Virus record (IMG/VR): IMGVR_UViG_3300029936_000040
Location: 1 to 37,379 of that record
DNA from: a virus
DNA: 37,379 bases
Direction: 5' to 3' (one strand)
Shown: positions 24,571-31,880 of the stretch, piece by piece
Layout: each line of letters starts with the position of its first letter
Numbering within the stretch: position 1 is the first letter of the stretch
The notes under the pieces: generated by a model
Seen by the model: the letters and a program-made list of their open reading frames with translations, nothing else
Told to the model about the DNA's origin: nothing
Databases searched by the model: none
Made by a program: the position numbers and the translations under genes

Positions 24571-24592
24571 TTCAATCCTCTCATCATAAAAA

Positions 24593-24607
24593 CCTTTCAG
24601 TAACCTA
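24593..24607. repeat. Copy of the TTTCAGTAACC(TA) boundary motif
   Basis: CCTTTCAGTAACCTA. The 13 nt at 24595-24607 are identical to 24858-24870. Confidence 0.7.
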
Positions 24608-24706
24608 TTCCAGCAATCAAACAAAACAGGCACTTACAAGCGCCAAATTGGCAGCAATTACTTAGAAGAAAATCGCGCAAGTTATTGAAAACTCGCATTT
24701 GTACCG

Positions 24707-24768
<62 letters not shown>

Positions 24769-24835
24769 CAAATCCAGTGGTAGCAAGGCTTTCCGGCAAC
24801 TCGTGAATATGCGTCACGGATTGGTTATCCAATCG

Positions 24836-24870
24836 TTTCAGTAACTTTACTGAAAGGTTTCAGTAACCTA
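24836..24870. repeat. Triple alternating copy of the TTTCAGTAA motif
   Basis: TTTCAGTAA (24836-24844), its reverse complement TTACTGAAA (24847-24855), then GGTTTCAGTAACC (24856-24868). The last copy overlaps the stop codon of the 79-aa gene. A separate hairpin, GATTGG-TTAT-CCAATC, lies at 24819-24834. Confidence 0.7.
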
Positions 24871-25107
24871 GCCGCCCCTTGCTCTGATTTCTCGCTCGCA
24901 CTCTTCGGCGCCGCTTTGCATGAAGTCATACGCACCAGTGTTATTGCCGATTGCCTGAGTCGCGTATAGTTTCGCCTCTTGCTTGCAAACGTCGGCGCAC
25001 GCCTCGCGCTCGATCCTTGTTGCTGCGTCCCATCCGGCACGCATCATTTCTATATCGTATGCGCCGCCGTTTGGCCCGTGTTTCTGTTGCCATTCTTCAA
25101 AAGTCAT
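24868..25107 (-). CDS. Hypothetical protein (79 aa)
   Basis: Track ORF MTFEEWQQKHGPNGGAYD...CADVCKQEA...CEREIRARGG. It is bracketed by 15-bp direct repeats. Confidence 0.6.
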   Translation of the reverse strand: MTFEEWQQKHGPNGGAYDIEMMRAGWDAATRIEREACADVCKQEAKLYATQAIGNNTGAYDFMQSGAEECEREIRARGG

Positions 25108-25154
25108 CTCGTCCCTATCCCTTTCTTTGCTCGTTGGTTTCAGTCGGTTGGTGG

Positions 25155-25169
25155 AAGGTTTCAGTAACC
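25155..25169. repeat. Copy of the boundary motif
   Basis: AAGGTTTCAGTAACC is identical to 24854-24868. A partial copy, GGTTTCAGTC, lies at 25136-25145. Confidence 0.7.
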
Positions 25170-25192
25170 ATCTGCGTCAGCCTCTTCGCGGA

Positions 25193-25693
25193 TCAATAGT
25201 AACCGCCAGCTTTTGATCGTAAAGGCAGCGGCTCGTTTTTCTGCTTCTCTTGTGCAAGTAGACCCAACGCAATGTTGAGGTCCGCGCGATTGCGCGCAAT
25301 GCACTCGGCTGGCGTCTCGCCATCTTTCAGGTATGGCTGGCAGTCTTCCAGCGCCTTGTAGAGACGGCGGCGCATCTCAAAGCTTCCTTCGTTCCTTTTG
25401 GTGCGCTGAGCGACCAAAGCCCTTGCATACTCGTTCCAGAACTTCACAGCATCGGCAGCTCTGTGGCGGTGGAACTCATCGGGCGGCATAAAGAGCAAAC
25501 ACCCTTCGTTCATGAACCCTTCCTGCGGGCCGAATTTCTCGCCGTTCGTGCACGACATCAGCTTGTTGATTGGTCCGTTCTCAAAGTCATCGCTGAACAG
25601 CCAAAGCTCGGCCTTTGATCCGCATACCGGGCACGGCTCTATTGCGCACTTCGGAATTTCACCTTTTTTGTACTCTCCGTGTTCTGTTTTCAT
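25193..25693 (-). CDS. Lar-like zinc-ribbon protein with a C-terminal extension (restriction-alleviation family candidate)
   Basis: EPCPVCGSKAEL ... MSCTNGEKFGP ... AADAVKFWNEYA resembles the Lar family layout (CPFCG...C..C...A...WN.R). Confidence 0.45.
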   Translation of the reverse strand: MKTEHGEYKKGEIPKCAIEPCPVCGSKAELWLFSDDFENGPINKLMSCTNGEKFGPQEGFMNEGCLLFMPPDEFHRHRAADAVKFWNEYARALVAQRTKRNEGSFEMRRRLYKALEDCQPYLKDGETPAECIARNRADLNIALGLLAQEKQKNEPLPLRSKAGGYY

Positions 25694-25968
25694 TTCGTCG
25701 GCCTAACCATTTCTTTGTCCAAAGAGCATTTATTGCAAATCCGGCGCATAGCAACCACAAATCGACCTCGCCTGTCTATTAACTCGCTGGTGATGCTGGC
25801 GTCAGAAAGCTCCTGCGGCGTCTTCCACTTCCCGCATTCGCCGCACTGAACCTGCTTGATGCCGGCTTTCCGTTGGACTTCTGCCCACTCGTGCCAGGCT
25901 AGATAACCGTCTGGCGGCTGGTCGCCGGGCTTGTATTCGACTTGCATCAAAATGCAAACGTGGTTCAT
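25690..25968 (-). CDS. Hypothetical zinc-ribbon protein (92 aa)
   Basis: QCGECGKW ... CNKC. It ends ...VRPTK*, the same five residues as the integrase remnant. It is bracketed by a 16-bp direct repeat. Confidence 0.6.
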   Translation of the reverse strand: MNHVCILMQVEYKPGDQPPDGYLAWHEWAEVQRKAGIKQVQCGECGKWKTPQELSDASITSELIDRRGRFVVAMRRICNKCSLDKEMVRPTK

Positions 25969-26339
25969 TTCGTCGGCCTCACCTTCTCGCCAATCCGGCG
26001 ATAAACTGCTTTCGTCATCTGCTCCTTACTGTGCCCGAGCAGCCGTTGCGCATCTTCCAGCTTCATTTCTGATGCCGCCTTCGGTCGAGCGTCACGGAAC
26101 TGGAACTTGCGAATCTTTCCGGCCAGTTCCATGTCTCCGCGCTGCTCTGCCTGCTCCGCTGCCTTCGTCCGAGCCGCCACGAACCGAAGCCGCAGCATTC
26201 CGCTCGTCATCTTGCGCTTGCCGTTCTCGTCGCGCCCGTTGTAGTAGTAGCTTGTCCAGACCTTGCCGCTTTTGAGCGTGCGCGTGACCGGCTGAAGCCG
26301 TGGAGGAAGGCCGATGTTCTTTGACTTTGGGCGCATCAT
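25965..26339 (-). pseudogene. int: Internally deleted tyrosine integrase remnant
   Basis: The arm-binding-type N-terminus is MRPKSKNIGLPPRLQPVTRTLKSGKVWTSYYYNGRDENGKRK. After about 35 aa it joins the extreme C-terminus of a tyrosine recombinase, FQFRDARPKAASE..AQRLLGHSKEQMTKAVYRRIGEKVRP. The ORF is 124 aa where about 350-400 would be expected. Confidence 0.7.
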
Positions 26340-26629
26340 GTCAGGATAGACTGCTCTGCGATGTCGTGCTCGTTGGATGCAACAACCTCCCAATGCGCTG
26401 GAAAGCCTTTTCTTGCTCGTAAGTATTTCGTTCTTCCTGCTTTGCGCATGGCTTGCATTCTGCGGTCAATCAGGCGCCAGCACCGCTGGTCTATATGAGC
26501 AAGAGCAGCAGGAGTCGAAAGCGCATCGGCCGCCAAAAGAAGCAGCTTGTCGTTGATGCATGGAGAGCCTCGCATCCCGGCGGAAAAGAAATCGCATATC
26601 GCATCGTCGAGCAGTTGGTACTTATTCAT
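26336..26629 (-). CDS. Hypothetical protein (97 aa)
   Basis: Track ORF with coupled overlaps at both ends. Confidence 0.55.
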   Translation of the reverse strand: MNKYQLLDDAICDFFSAGMRGSPCINDKLLLLAADALSTPAALAHIDQRCWRLIDRRMQAMRKAGRTKYLRARKGFPAHWEVVASNEHDIAEQSILT

Positions 26630-26859
26630 CCCCGCATCCCCGTAAAATCAGGCGCCCAAGCTTCCGCAGTCGCCGCCTGTGGCGTTATCCCTGCGAGCCT
26701 CATTCGCGCATACCAGCGCCCGACAATCGGCGCCCCTGAGCGGTTCTTGTGGTGCTTCCATCCGTTTTCGTCGAGCCACGCGATTTGCTTCGCTGCCCAA
26801 GCGCTTCCGGTTATCTCGACAAGCTCTTCATGTGCGAGCGTTTCGGAGTGATAGGTCAC
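26626..26859 (-). CDS. DUF4224-like protein
   Basis: ETLAHEELVEITGSAWAAKQIAWLDENGWKHHKNRSGAPIVGRW matches my recollection of DUF4224, which is often next to phage integrases. The GTG 26859 start is a GTGA overlap with the Lar gene stop. The track start at 26892 is an alternative. Confidence 0.55.
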   Translation of the reverse strand: MTYHSETLAHEELVEITGSAWAAKQIAWLDENGWKHHKNRSGAPIVGRWYARMRLAGITPQAATAEAWAPDFTGMRG

Positions 26860-27089
26860 TCTGCGGCCTCGTTTCCGTCTCTCATGTTCCACCGCGCGAT
26901 AGCCTGCGCCTTATCACACCCAACACGCTCGATCATGCGCGACGGCCCTGGAAGCTCCGCGCACCAGTGTAGAACGCTCCACGACACTGGTGCGCTGTAC
27001 TTCATCCCGGTCCATGTCCTGCCGTTGGGCTCAATAGCGGTTGTTCCTGCTCCGCAAAAAGGGCAGGGAAGCAGGCTTGTAGTCATCAT
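26856..27089 (-). CDS. Lar family restriction-alleviation protein
   Basis: LLPCPFCGAGTTAIEPNG ... HWCAE ... VGCDKAQAIARWNMRDG follows the CPFCG ... C ... A..WN.R layout. Confidence 0.6.
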   Translation of the reverse strand: MMTTSLLPCPFCGAGTTAIEPNGRTWTGMKYSAPVSWSVLHWCAELPGPSRMIERVGCDKAQAIARWNMRDGNEAAE

Positions 27090-27289
27090 TAACCCCCTTC
27101 CTTCAGCGCCGCATCAGCAATCGCCCGGGCACGGTCGATGTTCGGCTCGTCAGCGGCAATGCGCAGCGCGGTTTCGAGTCTTTCGCACCGCCTATGACTT
27201 GCTACCAGAAATCCGCGCAAGCTGGCCAGCTCGACCTTTGCTGTCTCGCTTGTTGCTGCAACGTCATCCAGGTCCAAACTTCCCGCCAT
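27089..27289 (-). CDS. Hypothetical protein (66 aa)
   Basis: Track ORF. Its stop overlaps the Lar start (TAATG). Confidence 0.5.
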   Translation of the reverse strand: MAGSLDLDDVAATSETAKVELASLRGFLVASHRRCERLETALRIAADEPNIDRARAIADAALKEGG

Positions 27290-27307
27290 TACCTACCCCC
27301 CCAAAAA

Positions 27308-27829
27308 TCAGACCGACCACACAATCGTATGCGTTCTCGTGCTCGTTTTCGCGTTCCAATACTCAATCCCGCCAGCGAGCGTCCTGCGGTGAAAAACGCC
27401 GAATTTGCCCTCGGTCACGTCTTCCTTGGTGGCTTCCAGCTTTATAACGTCCGCCTTGTTGCGACCGGCGATAAGCTGCGCTCTCTTGGCGGCTTTGTCG
27501 CGCTTCAGTCCGAGGTAGCAAGCAAACGTCCGAAGATGGCCGCCTTCCATGTTCAGCCGCTCCGAAAGCTCCTTTGTGTCGCACGTTGCATATTCTTTCC
27601 GAATGATGTCCTTCTCGGCTTCAGTAAGAAAGCGCGGAGTCTTTCCCCTTTTCTGAAGCTCGCCGGATTTAATAAGACGCGAGATTTTGTGGTATGTGGT
27701 ATCAAGCGATACACCAATCTCTTGAGCAATTAGCTTGGTGTTTTTCCATGCATTATATCCCGCAATGACAATGTGTATTTTGTCCGTCCAGTCAATCGCC
27801 TGGCGATTTTGATTGGTTTTTGGTGTCAC
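27308..27829 (-). CDS. Helix-turn-helix DNA-binding protein (173 aa), function unknown
   Basis: HTH-like segment NTKLIAQEIGVSLDTTYHKISRLIKSG. GTG start. GC is clearly lower than in the neighbours. Confidence 0.55.
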   Translation of the reverse strand: MTPKTNQNRQAIDWTDKIHIVIAGYNAWKNTKLIAQEIGVSLDTTYHKISRLIKSGELQKRGKTPRFLTEAEKDIIRKEYATCDTKELSERLNMEGGHLRTFACYLGLKRDKAAKRAQLIAGRNKADVIKLEATKEDVTEGKFGVFHRRTLAGGIEYWNAKTSTRTHTIVWSV

Positions 27830-27840
27830 TGTCTTCGATC

Positions 27841-28299
27841 CTAGAACGGGATGTCGTCATCCATGTCTTCAAACGATGGTCGCTTCTTTGCCGAAGCCTG
27901 GCCGGTGCTGGCCTGTGCTGGCCGGCTTTCCTGCTTCCTTGGCGCGCTCTCGCCGCCGCTATCCTGCCGGCCGCCAAGCATCTTCATCTCGTTGCCGGTA
28001 ATTTCTGTCGTGTAGCGTTCGATGCCGTCTTTGTCGGCCCATTTGCGCGTCGTCAGCTTCACATCGACATATACAGACGATCCCTTCTTCAGATACTTGC
28101 CGGCAATCTCCGCAAGCTGGCGGAAGAAAACGACGCGATGCCACTCCGTTGCTTCCTTCTTCTCTCCGGTCGATTTGTCTTTCCACTGCTCCGACGTAGC
28201 CACCTTGATATTGCAAACCGCGTCGCCGTTCGGCAGGTAGCGCATTTCCGGGTCGGCGCCCATGTTTCCAATGAGTTGGACTTTATTCAAACTTGCCAT
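27841..28299 (-). CDS. ssb: Single-stranded DNA-binding protein
   Basis: [39 protein letters not shown]...[11 protein letters not shown] (OB fold). The tail is acidic, [16 protein letters not shown] precedes ATG 28299. Confidence 0.9.
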   Translation of the reverse strand: MASLNKVQLIGNMGADPEMRYLPNGDAVCNIKVATSEQWKDKSTGEKKEATEWHRVVFFRQLAEIAGKYLKKGSSVYVDVKLTTRKWADKDGIERYTTEITGNEMKMLGGRQDSGGESAPRKQESRPAQASTGQASAKKRPSFEDMDDDIPF

Positions 28300-28410
28300 T
28301 CTGTTTTTCCTTTGTTGTTGGTGTTTGGTGGGGCGGCCGGTGCTGATCCCCGGCATGGCCAGCCGCTTGCAACGGCTGCGCATCAGCCTGCGCATTCGCC
28401 CCGTTGATCG

Positions 28411-28602
28411 TTACCGGCAGCGCATCCGATGCGCCTTGCGCCGCTTCGCCTTGAGTGCCTGGCGCTTGGCCTGATTAACGCCGCCGCGCTGGCCGTTTGT
28501 AATGTTTGCAAAATTCGACCGATCGATAGCCATTGGCCTGATTGCCGACGTTGCCGCAGAAAACATAATCCGCAACCAGCTTGAAATAAATGCGCCGCTC
28601 AT
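28411..28602 (-). CDS. Hypothetical small basic protein (63 aa)
   Basis: ATGA coupling to the upstream gene. The C-terminus is Lys/Arg-rich. Confidence 0.4.
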   Translation of the reverse strand: MSGAFISSWLRIMFSAATSAIRPMAIDRSNFANITNGQRGGVNQAKRQALKAKRRKAHRMRCR

Positions 28603-29741
28603 GCCGCCTCCTTGGTTTCGTCGTTGACGATCGCGACGACTGCCGCGTAAATGTCGGCGAGCATTTGCAAATCTTCTACCTGCTCGACCTCGAAAATAAT
28701 CTGCTCGCGCCGGTTCGTGATGTCGCGGCTTCTGGCCGTTTCCTTCTCGTGCTTCTTGCGCTTCGCCGCTTCAAGCTTGTCGAGCTCAGCGCGCGCCTCG
28801 GCGTCTTTGGCCTCCTGCTCGGCGCGCTCCTGGGCTTCGCGCTCCTTGCGGGCCGCTTCCTCGACGGCTCGCGCTGCCGCCTGCTCGGCCTCGAATCTGG
28901 CGCGCTGCTCTTCCAGCGCTTTGCGCTCGGCAGCCAACTTCTCGGCCTCGATACGGCGCAGTTCGTCGGCTTTGTCCTGTTCGACCTTGCGGGCGGCAGC
29001 CTCGACGCGCTCACGCTCGGCACGCTCGGCAGCCTCGGCATCTGCCTTTGCCTTGGCCGCTGCCGCCTCTTCCTTGCGGACCTGTTCGGCGACGCGGGCG
29101 GCCTCTTCTGCAGCAATCTTCGCCAGGATTCGTTCGTTCTGGGCCTTCGCTGCAGCAGCCTCTGATGCATGCTTGGCCTCAACGGTCGCGCGAATCTCGG
29201 CAACCGCTGCGGCATGAGTCTCTTTCGCCTCCCCGAAAAACTCGGCGAACGAGGAGTCAATCTCGATTTCTTCGACAGCGGAAAGTATCCCGGCCGCGCC
29301 TTCGCTCGATACGCTGAAGTGCGCCGCGTTGGATGCCGCAAGCTTCATTAGCGCTATACGCTGCGTGATTTCCAGTACGCGCAGCCGTTCCGCTTCAGCC
29401 TTCGCTGCTTTCTCGGCCTTCTCTTTTTCGTCCCATGAGTCGCGCAGCTCCTTCAGGCGGGATTCCTCCGGCTGGATGATTGCGACCAAGCGGGCCTCTT
29501 CGGCGATGACCGCTTTGCTGAACCTGGTTGCGTCGTCGCGCGCGGCCTTGCCGGCCTGCACGATTCCGGTGCGCGCCTTCGTTGCCGCCATTGCCGCAGA
29601 GTGGCACTCATCCCTGCCGGCGCGGTTGGTAATCGCCGTGATGCCCTTCGACGACTCGGCAAGGGCCTGAAGTTCGGCCGCCGCCTTGCTGGACTCCAGC
29701 GCAACCGCTGCGCGCTGCTGTACTGTCAATTCTGTTCCCAT
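28599..29741 (-). CDS. Coiled-coil protein, DUF1351-like partner of the recombination module
   Basis: 380 aa. The middle is a long E/A/K/R-rich coiled coil. It lies immediately downstream of the exonuclease/RecT pair, where DUF1351-type proteins are usually found. Confidence 0.5.
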   Translation of the reverse strand: MGTELTVQQRAAVALESSKAAAELQALAESSKGITAITNRAGRDECHSAAMAATKARTGIVQAGKAARDDATRFSKAVIAEEARLVAIIQPEESRLKELRDSWDEKEKAEKAAKAEAERLRVLEITQRIALMKLAASNAAHFSVSSEGAAGILSAVEEIEIDSSFAEFFGEAKETHAAAVAEIRATVEAKHASEAAAAKAQNERILAKIAAEEAARVAEQVRKEEAAAAKAKADAEAAERAERERVEAAARKVEQDKADELRRIEAEKLAAERKALEEQRARFEAEQAAARAVEEAARKEREAQERAEQEAKDAEARAELDKLEAAKRKKHEKETARSRDITNRREQIIFEVEQVEDLQMLADIYAAVVAIVNDETKEAA

Positions 29742-30361
29742 TACGCCACCATCCTTTCAAGTCGTTGTTGTAGTTCGGCCGCCTCGGATTCGGCGGCCAG
29801 GACTGCGGATTCAATCCGCGCAATCATCGCCTCGTCGCGCAGAACCGGGATAATCAGTAGCTGGTGACTCTTCGGCATGCGCGGGTCGAAGCTCGCAAAA
29901 TTCCAGCGCTTGAACCCCGTCACCCACATTCCGCCCTGAATCTGCGGGATGTACTCGGCCGGAACGCCAGACAGGAAGCGCGCCAGATGCACGGCGGGGT
30001 CTTTCGGGCACTTCAGTTCGAGCCCTTCGCTTTCTCCGATCAGGCCATCCGGCGACGCCCCGGCAAATGGGTATTGAGGATGCTCAAGGAATCCGACTTG
30101 CTCGACGGCTTTCCCGGTTTCAAGCTCGAAAGCTTCGCGGGCGAACCCTTCAACGTCGTGCCCCCACTGCAGAGAAAAGCTGCTAGGTCCTTCTTTCGGC
30201 TGGCCAGTCATGCGCTCTACAACCACATCCCAAATCGCTTTTGACAGAGCGGCCTGTGGCTTGCCGGTCTTTTTGTCGCGCGCCAGGACGTCGACAAACC
30301 GGCTTGCCGTCCACTTGCCTCCTCTCTCTGCCAACCACTCGGCAGACCCTTGCTCACTCAT
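29741..30361 (-). CDS. YqaJ-like viral recombinase exonuclease
   Basis: MSEQGSAEWLAERGGKWTASRF ... GASPDGLIGESEGLELKCP ... YIPQIQGGMWVTG matches YqaJ/lambda-Exo-type motifs. ATG 30361. Confidence 0.8.
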   Translation of the reverse strand: MSEQGSAEWLAERGGKWTASRFVDVLARDKKTGKPQAALSKAIWDVVVERMTGQPKEGPSSFSLQWGHDVEGFAREAFELETGKAVEQVGFLEHPQYPFAGASPDGLIGESEGLELKCPKDPAVHLARFLSGVPAEYIPQIQGGMWVTGFKRWNFASFDPRMPKSHQLLIIPVLRDEAMIARIESAVLAAESEAAELQQRLERMVA

Positions 30362-31334
30362 CGCCGCCACCTTCTTGAGCCTCTTCGGCGACCAGCTTGG
30401 CGTCAAGCTCGCGTATCGCCCGCGTCGTCTCGGCGGCGATCGCCTTCAGGCGCTTGTGCTCGTCTGCTCCGACCGTCAGCCGGCCCTCTTTTCCAAGATC
30501 GGCGAAAGCGTCGGCGTATGCGACCTCGCCCTCTTCCTCGGCGATCTTCTGCAGCTTGGCGACCAACTCGGCGCGCGCATCTGCGTCGACCTCGGCGTCG
30601 GCTTGCTGCTTTGCCGCCTCGGCCGCTTGCTTGCCCGTCTGGCGCCTGGCCGGCGCCGGCATCGGGTTGATTTCCTTTTCGCCAACATCATCCGCCGACA
30701 TTTCCTCGTCCGTATAGACGCCAAGGATTGCGCCAGGGGAGTACCGGCGCGCGAACTTGCGCACGGCCAGGTATGTGATTTGCTGCTGCGGATCGGTCGC
30801 CCACTGTGTCGAGAAGCGCGGCCACGCCTGGGCCAAAAGCACTTCAATCTCGCGCGGCTCGGATTCCCCCTTGAGGCGCGCTATGCACTTCACGCCAAGC
30901 CCTGCTTCGGCGCTTCTGTCCCACGTCGACACGTAGTATTTGCCGCCGCTTTTCTCGCTCGTCTTTTCGGCGACCTTCCCGAGAATCTTCGACCAGTCGC
31001 CGAAAAACTCGAATTCTGGCTGGCCGACGATTGCGCCGCAGGACACGATCACAGCGTTGACCAACTGCGCCTCGTACCCGAGCGTGCCGCCTTGCGTCAG
31101 GTGCGTCTTCTGCGCAACGGCAAAAGGGTTCATCTTCCACTGCGCCGCCTGCATGATCACCGCCAGGCAGTCGCCGATAGATCCCTGCAAGTGCTTTGGA
31201 ATGGTGACGCGCGCTGAAGCCATGAGCTTCGCGGCCGTCATCATGCTCTCCATTGCGCCATCGTCCATTACCAACGACATGGCGCTGCCGGTGCCGTCAT
31301 GAGCGACTGCGGGTAGATTTTCGTGCTGGTCCAT
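30354..31334 (-). CDS. recT: RecT family single-strand annealing protein
   Basis: GDCLAVIMQAAQWKMNPFAVAQKTHLTQGGTLGYEAQLVNAVI ... QITYLAVRKFARRYSPGAILGVYTDEEM. It is paired with the YqaJ exonuclease. ATG 31334. Confidence 0.8.
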   Translation of the reverse strand: MDQHENLPAVAHDGTGSAMSLVMDDGAMESMMTAAKLMASARVTIPKHLQGSIGDCLAVIMQAAQWKMNPFAVAQKTHLTQGGTLGYEAQLVNAVIVSCGAIVGQPEFEFFGDWSKILGKVAEKTSEKSGGKYYVSTWDRSAEAGLGVKCIARLKGESEPREIEVLLAQAWPRFSTQWATDPQQQITYLAVRKFARRYSPGAILGVYTDEEMSADDVGEKEINPMPAPARRQTGKQAAEAAKQQADAEVDADARAELVAKLQKIAEEEGEVAYADAFADLGKEGRLTVGADEHKRLKAIAAETTRAIRELDAKLVAEEAQEGGGDE

Positions 31335-31380
31335 CTTCGTTCCTTTCTGCCGAGACTCTGCCGGCAATTGGTTGTGGCGC

Positions 31381-31617
31381 TCAGTCGTGGTAATCGAGCG
31401 CTTGCTGTATTTCGCCGACCAGAAGGCGCAGGTACGTCTTGCATCCGGCCTCGTTTTTCGCGGCCATTGCGTCGTTCGCCTTGGCGATCAGGCGATTGAC
31501 CTCGTGCAGCAGGCCGGCCGTGGTGTATGCGTCGTCGTCCGGGCCGCCGCGATAATCTGCCGGGTCACGGACGAACGGCCCGAACGTTGCTGCGTCGCCG
31601 AACCCTGGGCTATTCAT
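31381..31617 (-). CDS. Hypothetical protein (78 aa)
   Basis: Track ORF with a coupled overlap to the upstream gene. Confidence 0.55.
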   Translation of the reverse strand: MNSPGFGDAATFGPFVRDPADYRGGPDDDAYTTAGLLHEVNRLIAKANDAMAAKNEAGCKTYLRLLVGEIQQALDYHD

Positions 31618-31880
31618 TGCAGGAACCCGCGCAGAACGTCGCCAACTGCCAGAAGCAACACCAGAATGACGCTGACGAAAAACACCCTCTCTCCAAGCGG
31701 TGTGTCATCGCGAGGAGCGACAAGATCGCGCTGCTCTTCGGGCGTCAGCTCGCACGCCTCGATTGTCTCTGCGGCGATTGACGCCCACGCGGCAGCGGCC
31801 CGCATGTCGCCGTCGTCGAGCGTAGAAAGCGCGCGGTTTAGCGCTTCGCGAGCGCCTTCTTGGTTGGTCGCGGCGCTCAT
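31614..31880 (-). CDS. Hypothetical protein (88 aa) with a C-terminal hydrophobic helix
   Basis: Track ORF. The C-terminus is VFFVSVILVLLLAVGDVL. Confidence 0.55.
   Translation of the reverse strand: MSAATNQEGAREALNRALSTLDDGDMRAAAAWASIAAETIEACELTPEEQRDLVAPRDDTPLGERVFFVSVILVLLLAVGDVLRGFLQ

Noticed and set aside
27308-27829. Annotating the 173-aa HTH protein as the CI repressor.
   Set aside because: It is buried mid-operon, far from PL/PR. It has no S24 peptidase or lambda-repressor-like C-terminal domain. There is no evidence it binds the early promoters.
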